The translations under genes and the position numbers were made by a program. Below the pieces are notes generated by a model that was not told the origin of the DNA, did not search any database, and was given only the letters and a program-made list of their open reading frames with translations. From Macrostomum lignano (taxonomy: Eukaryota): a stretch of 64,000 nt of DNA. Positions 11,640 through 24,786 of this stretch are shown piece by piece; within the stretch, counting starts at the first letter, position 1, and each line of letters opens with the position of its first letter. The DNA is taken from NCBI GenBank assembly GCA_002269645.1, contig NIVC01001133.1, positions 1 through 64,000 on the forward strand, given 5' to 3'.

Positions 11640-12479
11640 TGCTCATTTTTGACGGTGCTCTTCCCGCTGATTTGTTTTTTGCTCAATGCCTAGCTGCTGC
11701 TCTTATCCCCCGTTGTGTTTGGCTTTGGAGGCCCGCTTCGTTTCTGTGCCAAGTTCGTGTTTTAATGCCTTTGTTGCTGGAAGCACTAATGGACTGGTTT
11801 GTGCGGCGCCCAGTGGTCTTTTGGTCTTCATACACCAGCGGCCCAGGCTCGATTCCACGTGCAGTCAAGTTAATTTGGTGCTAAATTGGAATCTCGGCTT
11901 AGCTCCGCTCGTATGCAACTAACTCAATTGAGAGCCAACCACCAAGGCACAGTGAAGTCAGTGAAGTGTACATGCCAAAACGGTACGAGTACGAAAAGTT
12001 AGGATTGGCTGAACACTCCTGTGTTGAATGTTTGCCAACGCGTATGACTGCGTACGAATCCGCGTGCAATTGTGTGCCTGCGCAGGTGAGTCAGCAAAAT
12101 GGGCAGCAATTCCTCTCGCTGGCTGTGTGTGACAACGTTGTTTAAAGTGCGTTAGGGTGCGCCGTGCCCGCCAGTTTCGTCTATGGTTAATGCTTAGTCG
12201 CGTCGTCGAAACGATGAGACAACGCAGTCCTGCCTATGGATTCTCGGCATTACAGTAGTCATTCATGATGATCAAGATGAAACAAAACAAATTTCAACCA
12301 AATACACAAACTGGGCATTTTGATTCTGATAAGTCAATTGTATAGAAAGATTGCCATAGACTGAGTTCAATGAGAAAAAAAGCTAAAACAATAAAAAATC
12401 TAACTAGCTAATGTTAGTCAGCTTAAGTTGAACAGCTGCTGTAGCCCAACAACCGTTGCAAAGCACACCCAAAAGTCTC

Positions 12480-14171
12480 ATGATGAGTTGGCGGATCAAC
12501 TGTTTACCTGCAGCTGTCGTACTACTCATAGGCGGATGTTTAATGGGTAAGTTTTCCGCAATATAATTTAAATTTATCTTGTATTACATGCTCTGCTCTT
12601 TATTAATTAGTATGTTTCCTTAGTTATAAAATACTTCAGATTCTGTTTTAGGAATTTTTAATAATCCAGAGATTTACGACCCCCGAAAACCCCCCTATTA
12701 TAGCGACGAAATTATAATCCTATATTAGTATTAAAATCGCAGATATTACTTATTTGTCTATTTCATAAACCTACACTACGAGTAAAACAAGTCTTCAGCA
12801 GTTGTCCTGTCCACCCTTCCGGCTGCATCTCTTGTCCTGGACAGGGACTTCAGCTAGCTCTGGGCTCAGATTAGAAAGCCCTGGCCCGAGGGCCTTGGGG
12901 CCCACAGCCTCAGCATTTATTGGCCTGAAATTCAATAGATTGCTCAGACTTTCATTGAAGATTAGGTCAGTAAGTTCATCCAGTGTTTTTTTAATAATCC
13001 TCTCAGCACTAAACTCCCGCCATTCCTTTTCTTCTGATGCAACGACAACCAAGGATTTTAGATGCTGACCAAATCTTCAAGTAGGCCTTGTCGCCAATTC
13101 ATGCTATTGCGATTCTGCTGCATTGAAATTCCCAGCTAACTTTTACGTAGGAACTACGTACATGTAGAGTTACCAGCAGTGCAATATAAAACGCCAAGAA
13201 ATTCTTCTAAAAGTATTTTCCTATGCTTATACGTATAACTTCTGATCAATTTTAGGCGGCGTCTGTTCGAAAGATTATAAAGGGTAAGACTTGCAATGTC
13301 TTTATTAGCCACTACCTTTTTATTTTTAAATTAGGCATTACTGTGTTATTTAACTATCATTATCTCGTTTCACTTTAGAGGCAAAAGAGGTTCAGCAGAG
13401 CTGCTTAAAGGTGACAAAGTAAAGGTGTCCGAAAGTCTCAGGCAGTATATAGACAGAGACGGAACCAATTTTAAATATGACGAAGTCACAGTGTGCGAAC
13501 TAAAGAATTCAGAGCTACAGGCCTGCCCTGATAAGGTTGACTATTTGGTCAACGATCCCTTCTCTGAAGTGAGCTCTAAAGCCAGCACGAGATCCCACTG
13601 CTGCGAGTCTTCGTGCTGCACTGCTGATGTCCAATTTGCGTTGAAATTAATGAGTGACGATAGTCGGTCACGCTACACATTACTTGTTGTGTCAGTAGTT
13701 TTACCCTTTGCCATTTTGATGCTCACGGTTTTATGCCGACTGTGTGGTGTAAGTCAACGCGAATCTCATGTTTGGGTTTGAATTCTCGTAGGGGTAGAGG
13801 CATTTAGATTTCAGACCGAATATTTATATAATGGCAAGAATTCTAGATCCTTAACTTGCGTCCTAAGATCAGGGCAATAGCTTTCAGAATTGTTGACCAT
13901 TCTGGGTTATATATAGCATCACTAGTGCCATATACCTGTAGCTACTGTGCTTATCTGGTGTAAATACTTAACAAAGTGAATATAAATCAACTAATTGCCT
14001 TTCTTTATGCAGCTACTTATATACTGCTGTAGCGATCCGGATGCGAAAAATGAACGTATTGCCGATTGTTATGGGAATACTTCTAAATTTTGGAAAGATT
14101 CATTAACATTTATCCTAATGCATCGGGAAAATCTGTTTTGGAAGACAAAAAGTAAAACTGGAGGTAAGTAA
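12480..14171 (+). CDS. Gene B: paralog of gene A, Shisa-like single-pass membrane protein
   Basis: Exons 12480-12546 (MMSWRINCLPAAVVLLIGGCLM), 13256-13283 (28 nt), 13379-13748 (GKRGSAELLK...ACPDK...CCESSCC...TM) and 14013-14171. An extra exon 14221-14366 is possible via the GTAAGT donor at 14164. The 3' flank (14340-14525) is homologous to 10785-10960. Confidence 0.75.
12795..13105 (-). mobile_element. Possible hAT transposase C-terminal remnant in intron 1 of gene B
   Basis: GC-richer island reading ...GLLEDLVSI*...KEWREFSAERIIKK, which loosely resembles hAT dimerisation-domain ends. Weak. Confidence 0.25.
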
Positions 14172-14791
14172 AATAGTATTGTGCGTTCTATTAGTATTTA
14201 TAACATTGGAATAACATCAGCAGTGCCAAAAGCCTCTCATAATACCGCAACATTCCACCCCCAGCAGCGACATCAACAGCTTCTACTGATGCAAGCAGTT
14301 CGCCATAAGCTGCAGAGCTCGCTAAAAACTAATTTGACAAATGGTCAAACTATACGTATAACCTAAAATTCAGTATTGAACGTACAGCTGAAAAAACTAT
14401 TTGGAGAAAGTCGACGTATTGCTCCGAAAAAATGTAACGACGCTGAAAGCACCGAACCTAATATTGATTTTTATAACGTATACCGAATTTATCACTACTT
14501 TAATTTATTTACGAGTATTACTCCACGGCAAAACAAAATACAACTATCCACCTGCACTTTACTTGCAAGCTCATCTACGAGTATGACGTCGCAAAAAAAG
14601 TAATTTATTTGTTATTTTTTATACATATATAAAATAACCACTAAACAAACCTACTAAACCTACAATAATACCTTACAAAACGTTATGGTACATTTTGGAT
14701 AGCTTTTTTAAATGTAAAGGTATCGTATCTATTCATTAAAGCAAAAACTTTGATCAATATGAAACTATGAAGCTACATGTGTAAGCGTATG

Positions 14792-15463
<672 letters not shown>

Positions 15464-15554
15464 TTCGTTAATTTTTTTAGGTTCACGGAGTCTGGCAAAA
15501 GGTGTAAGCGTAAAAATCGGGGTTGGGGATTTTTTTATTTATTTTTTTTTAGAG

Positions 15555-15899
15555 GCAGGGGGTTGTGTGCACCCTGGCGCACTTTAAGCGACATAGGCAC
15601 ACAACCGGCGAGAGGCATTACTGCCCATTCCGCCGACTCCCCTGAGCAGGCATACAAGTGCGCGGATACGTTACGCAGGCACACACTCACACAGGAGTGT
15701 ACAGCGGCCCTAACTTTATCAATTGTTAGGCATGTACACTTCACTGCGCCTTGGGGGTTGGCTCTCAAGGCCGTTAATTGCACAAGCGAGCCAAGCCGAA
15801 ATTCCAATTCAGCCCCAAATTAATGTGGCTGCACTTGGAATCGAGCCTGGGTCGCGGCACACCAGAGCAGCTGCGCTACCGCTGGGCTACGGCCCCCGG
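15555..15899 (-). mobile_element. tRNA-derived SINE (family 2); other copies about 11795-11980 (+) and 60880-61147 (-)
   Basis: Head GGGGCCGTAGCCCAGCGGTAGCG...CCAGGCTCGATTCC; the body is shared by three dispersed copies. Confidence 0.7.
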
Positions 15900-17535
15900 G
15901 GTTGGGGATAATGCAAGAGTTATTGTTCACCTTGTGGCGAATGTCATGAGAAATGAGTTGAATTGAAATTGTGAGAAGTCAATGGCTATTAGCTCTTGAC
16001 GAAGAATAATCGAATATAATTGACAGTCAGTCAGTTACACTATTATGTCTAAACTTGCCAGATTTTAGGAGTTAGAAATCTGAAGATTTAACCATAGTAA
16101 ACCATAGTAATCTCTCTACCCCAAAATTTATCGCATGGTTACACGCGTACAACTAGGGGACTTTGATTTTTTCATCAAATTTAGGTTATCTGTGTATATA
16201 CGCATTCTGTGTATAGCAGTGGAAATTTGAGAAAAGTAAACTTAAGAAAGTAAAACTAACGTAAGCAAAGGACTTGTAGCTACGCTGGCATTATACGAAT
16301 TTTGGTTGAAAAACAGAACTCCCGCTGAACTTTGTTTTCTATGGTAAATGTTGACCTGTTTCAACGAAAATGTTTATTTTAGCTTTTTATTCCTAATTTC
16401 GAAGTGTAACTCAGCAGTTCTTCATTCGGACTAAAAATATCCTAGCAAAAAGATCGCAGGTACAAAAAAGCGAGCAAAAATTTTATGAAGAATTGAGAAA
16501 TTACTTATTTACTGGAATTTATCGCACTGCCCTTTGTCGGACTTTTGACGGGTGAGTTTTTCACCATATTTAAACACATTTTGCGACAAGGACAACTAAA
16601 GCAACGTATATACAGGTCGCGACACTCCCTTTTCATAGAGAAAGTTTATATATATAAAGACTGTAACAATATGGTTTAACAGAGATGATAAAACAACATT
16701 CACTAAATTAAATGACGTTGATGATGCTAAACGAGCCACTTTACCTGATACTGTGATCAGAATACTGTTGTAGAAAAATAACTGAAGAAATAACACTGGC
16801 CAGTGAATACGTTGACAATAACAACTTGAAAAACAAAGTTAAGATGAAAAGGCTCCTCCAGCAGTATATTTATTTGCGTGGTTGAGAGAGGGGGGTAGAG
16901 AATAGATAAGAAGAAAATGGGTAAGAAGGGCGAGGGCTAAAAAGCTCTAACGAGACCGGGGGGGGGGGGCTGACTGAAAACTCACCGATCGATAATCGGA
17001 AAACAAGATAAGAGTGTACAGTACATAGAGCACGGTAGATAGAAGATGGACTAGGCACACAGGGAATGGAAGAAAATGAAAAGGGAGCAAGTGAATTCTA
17101 TTAGCGCAAGCTGAAATTTCGCGACACTCCCCCAAAAATGATCACATTTTTCCCGATACCAAAAATTCCAAAAAAACGCAAAAAAACAAACACAGGAAAT
17201 GACAATGACTTCATTATAAGAAAATTTAGACCATTGAAAAGGTTGAGGATTCCTTCACCAATCATCACTAAAGATTCGACAAACAATGAAAAAAAATTGT
17301 AATAAATGACATGAAACATACAAAAGGTTGGTGACAAAACACTTTGTGATTTAGAGAAAATAACACGATGACGCTAAGGCCAATAGGTAACTGTCACTAG
17401 GAAACAAAAAAAAACTACCAAGGCTAAACGAGTGACCTCTTGCAACAAAGAAACCGAAAGCAAAATGCGCGATCATTAAATAGTAATGGCGGAAAAGTAA
17501 AGTTTTGAAATTGAACTATCTCGACACTTTAACAT

Positions 17536-18331
17536 TCACTCAGAGACTTCGAGTGGCACCAAGGCTCGCACCGGGCGCCTAATGCGCTCCCTCCTCCTAG
17601 CTCCCACACCGCTAACTACACGAACCAGAGCAGAGCGACTAACACTATCACGACCAACAGAAACCGACTCAACTACACCGAGCTTCCACATCAGCCTCGG
17701 CTGGTGTGATTCTCCGCACACCACCACAACATCACCAGGTTTCGGAAAGGGACCGCATCCTTGCCCATGCAACGGCTTCTCGCGGAGAGCGGTGACGTAG
17801 TCCTCTTGCCAAACCTTCCAAAAACGATTCAGAGCGTTGCGCAGAAGATCGAGTCGTCTAGGTAGTGACAGCAGCGTTGACGATTGAGTCGCACCTTGAT
17901 CAGGTTCCCAAGTGAGTCGCACTCCAAGTAGAAAGTGTGAAGGAGTAATAACTTCACTCCGGTCATCGGCAGAGACGTACAACAATGGCCTACTGTTGAT
18001 GATAGCTTCGATTTCGATGATTGTAGACGACAACTGATCAAAGTTTAACTGAGCACGACCGATGCTTTTCTTCAAAGAACTCTTAATGACTCCAACTAAC
18101 CGCTCCCAGAATCCGCCCCACCATGGGGCCTTTTCCGGTATGAACTGCCAGGTAATTCTCCTTTCGGCACAGAACGCCTGCACCTGATCGCTAGTGCTGG
18201 CACCGAGGATCCGAGCTGCTGAACGGAAGGTCTTTGCGTTGTCGCTGATCAACGAAGGAAGTCCTCGACGCGCCACAAAGCGTCGCAAGCCGTGAAGAAA
18301 CTGTTGAGTTGACATATCTGATAGCAGATAA
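17536..18331 (-). CDS. BEL/Pao integrase, truncated (catalytic core C-terminal half plus DUF5641-like tail)
   Basis: SDNAKTF, IPEKAPWWGGFWERLVGVIK, EAIINSRPL, ITPSHFLLG motifs in ORF 17536..18417. The first ~28 codons of that ORF come from LTR and PBS. Confidence 0.9.
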
Positions 18332-18349
18332 GTCCCTGTTCGGGCGCCA
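18332..18349 (-). promoter_or_regulatory. Primer-binding site complementary to tRNA-Lys(UUU)
   Basis: The minus strand reads TGGCGCCCGAACAGGGAC directly after the 5' LTR. Confidence 0.9.
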
Positions 18350-20104
18350 TGTAGAAAAATAACTGAAGAAATAACACTGGCCAGTGAATACGTTGACAAT
18401 AACAACTTGAAAAACAAAGTTAAGATGAAAAGGCTCCTCCAGCAGTATATTTATTTGCGTGGTTGAGAGAGGGGGGTAGAGAATAGATAAGAAGAAAATG
18501 GGTAAGAAGGGCGAGGGCTAAAAAGCTCTAACGAGACCGAGGGGGGGGGGCTGACTGAAAACTCACCGATCGATAATCGGAAAACAAGATAAGAGTGTAC
18601 AGTACATAGAGCACGGTAGATAGAAGATGGACTAGGCACACAGGGAATGGAAGAAAATGAAAAGGGAGCAAGTGAATTCTATTAGCGCAAGCTGAAATTT
18701 CGCGACAACTGTGATTTGAGGTTTTTCAATGCCACTACTGCTTCATTCAACTTCTCACGCATTTTAGGCGCCGACTCGCGTGATTATAAAGGGTAAGACC
18801 AGGCAGAGGTTCTAGTAGCCACTACCTAATTGTTGCTCTTAAATAAGCGAATACTGCATTTAGCAATGCATCACCACCCTTGCTTCATTCAAGATACAAA
18901 AGAGGTTCCGCAGCGCTGCTAAAAAGTCCTAGAACAAAAGTGTCGAATAATCTCAGGCGGTATATGAACAGAGATGGATCAAATTTCAAATATGAAGAAG
19001 TCACACTGTGCAGATTTTGCACTAATGAGCTGCAGGCCTGCCCAGATAAAGTTTATTATTTGATCAACATTTCTTTCTCTGATGTAAACATCCGCAACGG
19101 CACGAAATCGTTCTGTTGCAGTTCCGAGTGCTGCAACAGTAGCGAATTTAAGAAAGATCTGTCCTATTTTTTAAAGAGAGACATACTACTAATTGCCCTT
19201 TTTGGTGGTCACCAAACTTTGTACTACTTCTATTTTTTATTTATTGTATTACGTATGTGTAAATGAGTTCGAATCATATGTTGATTTATATTTGAATCAA
19301 GCTAGATATATAGAACAAGATACATATAGAATGGCATACGTTTCAGTAAATCGGGTTTTTATGCAAATCTTGTAAATGAACAAAAAGGAAAAACCATTAA
19401 AACTAAAGTACCAGCTACATGAAAAGAGGTAATAATAAATGTCACAGCTAGTGTAGTTTATCAGTTTGTAGTCGAAATTTGACAATGTAAAAATCAATTT
19501 GTCACCCAAAGTGAACCATGCACAGTTCTCAAAGCCGCAGTTTCCAAAGATGCTCGACACTTTAGCCTGATGATTTGGCATTGCAAAAGGAGTTGGTCTA
19601 TGTTGAATGTTTTCTATGAAAGAGAAATACAGGTGCTCAAGTATAGTTGCCGAACTTACCATTTGAAAGATGCACGTCTTGGTTAAGTTGGCATGCGACT
19701 GATGAGCTTCGTCTGATGAGCTTCTTTGGTACCGCAGTATCCAAACTGGGATTCTTTGGGACTGTCGGCTGCTCGACTGAATCGATTGGCCGCTTTCAGG
19801 CATCGTTTATAGCCGTCGAGGCGTTGAAGACTGCATGGTCGCGTTTTCTTCCTAGGTAGCGCCGCACGGTTCGTTCAGTCGTCGACAGGAAGATTTTTTT
19901 CAATTAATAAGCGCGACTGTTTGACGAGATGCACTATAGCCATAGTTGTTTGACAAGACAAATAGCTTTTTCTCCCACTACTCGCTTTCCTGATTTCTTG
20001 CAAGACGCAAGCAAAATCAGCACACATCACAGTGTTGTCTATGGTCAAACTAAGCCACACAACTCAGTCGTCTATGGGTAAAACAACTCTTAAAACAGCC
20101 AATT

Positions 20105-20200
20105 GAAGCATGATAAAAAGTGTGGAATAATGGCAGCGACAAAAGTGTGGAATAATGGCCGCAAAAGTGTGGAACAATGGCCGCAAAAGTGTGGAATAAT
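20105..20200. repeat. 22-bp repeat AAAAGTGTGGAATAATGGCCGC, about 4 units
   Basis: Direct reading. Confidence 0.85.
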
Positions 20201-21969
20201 GACTGAGCGCTGAGTGAAAGTATAAATACAATGCACTTGTATAGTGTGCAACTGAGTTGAATAATGGCCAAAACTCGAGTGCGCGTAGCGTAGCGCACGA
20301 GTGTCTATGGCCATTATTCAACGAAGTTGCATACTATACAATCTACCACTGTATGAATAGTGGGAAGAATTCCATGCATTGAGACTATTAAGAGGTAATA
20401 TTAAACAGTTTATCATCTAATAAATTAATACAACAGATCCCACCATAGCTGGTGTAGAGGGTTTCGTGCAAAATCGATAACAGGTGCCAGGCGGTGCTTA
20501 GCCTTCGGTTTATTTTCGCTAGTGCTTGGGTTTTTTGAGTGTAGAAAATGCGTGAAGAAAATGCTGGCTTTGATACTGTGTATTTTTGGCTTTCCTGAAA
20601 TTTATAGAATCGTTTTTGCTAAAAATCGATCCTATAGATACCTACCTACTAACCGACAAACCAATTTTAGCGTATGAAAATCGAATTCTATAGTTAGTTT
20701 ATAGTACGTCCGTACGGTATTCATATTGCGTATGATCATAAATTACAGTAATTAAATATATGTTTGCCAGTCGTTGATTTTTTACGGGAACCGTCTATCC
20801 ATTTTTTTTCAAATTAGCTTTCAAAATTGTTCATTTTTGGCGATCATGCATACAGTTTTGATGAAAAATTCGAATGGGAAGTGGGCCAACTATTCGAAAA
20901 ACTATTTTTAATGCTTTTAATGGCGCTCTGTTTCACGATTTAATTCTTCAGTTCGACCATCTAGGTTTCGCCTTGGTCAATTTACAGTGTAAAATGTACA
21001 TTCACAATAAAGCTAAGGAGTTTACGACCCTTTGTGGCGTTGATTGAATTTTATCGCTTACCAACCAGTCTGATAGACGATGGATAAAAGAGTGGGTGCA
21101 TGGGGGGTTTAAAAGCTGGCCTGAAATTTAACAACCCCCTAAACTGCTCTGATCTTGTTTGTTTTGTTTCATTTTATGAATACAACACAAGGTGGCGAAG
21201 TTGCAGATGAGGGCAATAGCTAATGGGCCCAATTAATTCAAATTAATTTGGCGACTTGGTATATAAAATTTATACCAATTGGAAGCGGGTCAAATATCCG
21301 AAAAACAAAGTTTTTAGCGCTTTCAGAGAATTTTTAATTTGAAGGCCCACCATCAGGGTCTTAGTATCGTAGTGTGCTGCTTATATAGCTATTCAGCATC
21401 ATTGAAAAGTCGCCATCACAGAAGATTCTGTCTGTGGTCGCCACTTTTGAGAGTGCAGGTAGTCTCTCAATCTTCGCAGGTGACGTAACTTTGCTACGCC
21501 GCGGCAGACTAGCTTGAGTTGAGGAATGAAGTGAGGGATGTGCGAGGGTTTTGTTGGACGGATTAAAGCTACCCCAGTCAGTTTTCTCGTATCTTATATT
21601 TCAGAATAGTCCAAGACAAATTGCTCACTGGTGCATCGAGTGGCGACTTTTCAATGTTTCTGAGTAAATATAAAATTTCGAACAGTAAAAATTGATTTGG
21701 AAGTGGGTCAACTATTTAAAAAAGACAATTTTTTATGCTTCCAATATTTGAATTCTGAAGTTTAATGCCCCCATGGGTGCTTAATGCGCTAGTAGGAACT
21801 ATTTTTGTCATAAGTGATCGATAAATTTTATTGTCTATGGTGTATCATCATACTTCATGCATATATACTGTGCTGAATACTTTGTCAATATTAACATTCT
21901 AAAATACGGATCGAGGCGACTTTTATTATGTAAAAATATTTTATGTTGACGAAAAAAAATTCGGACAGA

Positions 21970-22669
21970 ATGAAAAATCTGCGGAAACTGTCTTTGTTCA
22001 TATGGACGTTGATAACGTACATGTCAAGTATTTCAATCGGTAAGTACGTTCGCCCTCTTGAATTTAGGTAGATACCAAAATTTTAGTTTTCTTAGGATTA
22101 TAATTTCATCTCCAAAGGGGTTTTTGAGGGTGCTGATTTTAAATTTGAGCTTCATTTTTATGTAGCTTCAATCTAACTGTATATAGCTTAAAGCCAAGGA
22201 AGCAAAAGCAAGGAACGGCGCGAATGGAGGCTTTTAGAGGGCCTTCTTCCACTTTAAGCGTCCTATAGTGAAGGCAATTTTTCCGGAGTCCGTAATTTTT
22301 TTGGAATATGCTGTTATTGTTATAAAATGACTTCAAGCACACTATAATTATACATGTTCACTGAGACGAGTTCGCATCTCAAATTGCATGTTCTCAGCCA
22401 GTTCAAGAAACGGGCAACGACCGATTGTAGCCTCGGATGAAGATGATTTCAAGCCCGACGAGCATCAGCCTGAATCCAGCGATAAAATCATGCTGATCCT
22501 GGTTGCCGTTTTCCTTGGCGGTCCAATAGTGATCGCTCTGATCACTTGCGCCTTGGCCGTTTGTCTCTGTAAACTGCACGAGAATACCGACAAAGTCAGC
22601 GGTGTAAGCTCGAATCTTAATCTTAATGAAATTTCACAAGCTGGACACTTCAAACGCCATGGAACTTGA
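21970..22669 (+). CDS. Gene D: small type I membrane protein (113 aa)
   Basis: Exon 21970-22039 (MKNLRKLSLFIWTLITYMSSISI, G|GTAAGT) plus exon 22398-22669 (phase 1 acceptor ttctcag). Acidic stalk, then TM IMLILVAVFLGGPIVIALITCALAVCLC. Confidence 0.6.
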
Positions 22670-23766
22670 ATTGATCTCAGCCAGAAAATGAAACGTACAT
22701 TTTAGCGCCATTTTGACTTCTGAGAGGGAGCATGACCCAAGAGGCACTTAACCGTCCCCTGAATAGATCCCAAATTACAGCTAAGAGATGCTCAATTAAT
22801 TTCGGGGCATTGTCCTCCAAACTGGTGGTGTGCCAAAGAGTCATGTGTTACAAACGAGCGATCTCAGGATGTGAACAGGTACATGTACAGGCCAGGTAGG
22901 TTGATTTGGGGGGGCACCTCTGCCACACCACCAGTCTAGCTAACCATGGCTGATGTAAGGGACTCTTACCAGACTAATGCCGGAGCGGGGTCTTTTGCAT
23001 CCGGGGATTCTGCAGTGTACATTTAACAGCTGCGCTAATTAATTAACATATGCACTTTACTCTCGCATCGTGTAGCTGAGTAATTACCAAACTCGTATGA
23101 AACGATTTCGGGTTTCTCTGCTGGGGGATGGGACTGGGGTTGGCTTTTAATGACTTTGCGAATTAACCTGAGTAGAGATCGAACAGTGACTTGGGGAGTT
23201 AACAAGATTATGATAGCTATAGGGTTGTTCCATTCCAAATGACGGAAAATCTGGGAAGCGTGATACCGCGTGAACAACGTAGCCTTGAACTGCCTTTGAC
23301 AAGCAAGCAAATGACGAATGACGTCATCTGCCTGCGCTGTGATTGGCTAGAAATAACGAGGTTATAGGTCAAGACCGATCAGAGGGGGTTGCGCAACTAT
23401 TCACATGGCAAAATGCGACTGGCTTACAGATATAGAGTTCTAAATGGAGGGGGTCGTTTCATATACATGTAAGACCGAAGTTCACAACGCCGAAAACTAT
23501 ACTGCATGATCTTTAATAAGTAACGATAAGTGTGTTGGGGTTGGTGTAAATAGAGTGGATGTAAAATGAGTAAGTGGGTGTTAAAGAGGTGGGCTGCAGG
23601 GTGTAAAATGATCGAGTGGGGTGGGTGGAGTTATCGTTGAGTTGTCGGGCGATTAGGTCTTGGGATCCTGGAGTTGGGACCATGCATTTCTTACTGTACT
23701 TCTTAATATTGAGAAGAGATTGTTGCGGCCTTACTGCTGATATATCAATTTTAATAGATTCTACAG

Positions 23767-24032
23767 ACTCATTTCACTCTGCCGATCGGGCATACCAATT
23801 CCAGACACCTCAGGCCAGCACCCAGCCGCCGCAGCGAGTCGCCCTAATTCCACCAAAGCCAATAACGGAGAGTCCGAAAGCAGTTCAGCCGGGGAGCGTT
23901 CCTGAAGATGAGCAGTCTGCTAGTCAGAAGCCAGCTGATAATGTGCCACTTAATCCAGTGGGTTTTGCTGATAATTCTCAAAAGTTTGTGAAATTTTCTG
24001 CGGAGGAGAATGCGTCAAAATCGGATAGCTAG
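23767..24032 (+). CDS. Putative terminal exon, Pro/Gln/Ser-rich; parent gene unresolved
   Basis: GC-richer open frame after gattctacag| inside AT-rich DNA; part of ORF 23616..24032. Confidence 0.3.
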
Positions 24033-24786
24033 CTGGAGAACTGAAAAGCAGCTTGCTGTTGGTCTACATGTAAATTGCGTAATGGTCTTCTGCAATAACA
24101 AAAGGTATTTAATTTGTCATGCCTATATAACCTACGATGTAACTAAACGCCTACAGGGCCTGTATTTTAAATTATTACCTAAAGTTTTTTTAACACGCTA
24201 GTCTAATTATTTATAACCATAAAAATGAATTTAGTAAAAAAAATAAAAGCAAATATTTTTGCCCTATTTTGGACTTTCGTATTGTGAAATTTCATTTGTT
24301 TTTATTATTTTATATACATATAGCTATAATTAACATTATATAGATGGGGGCTCTAGATACATAAGATTGAGAAAGAAAAGATAGCGCGCACAGTCATCAG
24401 ATTTAGCTATTGTAATATACACAAAAACATAAAAACAAAAAATGAGCTTATGTTTAAAATACACGTGACGTAATTTACTTAATCGTTGTTTCAGCAGGGT
24501 GCAATTAGAATAATTTTAAAATAACGCAAATTATTAACGAAAACTATAGTATATTTCAATGAACAAAAACGTATTTCACAGTTATTTGAAGTTTGAACTA
24601 AAGTATAGTACTTCGTAAGCTACGAACGCTGCTAACAGTTCTACATATTTTTGTTTGACTGTACTTACATGGATATACTAATTGCGCGAATTTAACTTCT
24701 TGATCCCATGCATTTAGACCTATGTTAGTCATATACATTCCTTTTTCGACTGAATTCACTGAATTTCGACTGAAATATCTATAAAA

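Larger units (their letters stand above)
16769..18707 (-). mobile_element. Internally deleted BEL/Pao LTR retrotransposon (two LTRs, PBS, integrase C-terminal part, PPT)
   Basis: 358-bp LTRs at 18350-18707 and 16769-17126 (TGTCGCG...TTCTACA on the minus strand). TSD ACTGT; PBS 18332-18349; PPT GGGGGAG next to 17127. Integrase PWWGGFWERLV...FWKVWQEDY is of the BEL/Pao type. Confidence 0.95.
16485..19266 (+). pseudogene. Gene C: pseudogenised paralog of gene A
   Basis: Exon 1 (16485-16551) has TGG>TGA at codon 4. Micro-exon 18768-18792; exon 3 from 18894. An LTR element sits in intron 1. Homology to gene A stops near 19365, so exon 4 is missing. Confidence 0.75.

Noticed and set aside
23319-23346. 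CRE palindrome TGACGTCA plus inverted CCAAT as a promoter
   Set aside because: Short motifs expected by chance, and no defined transcription start.
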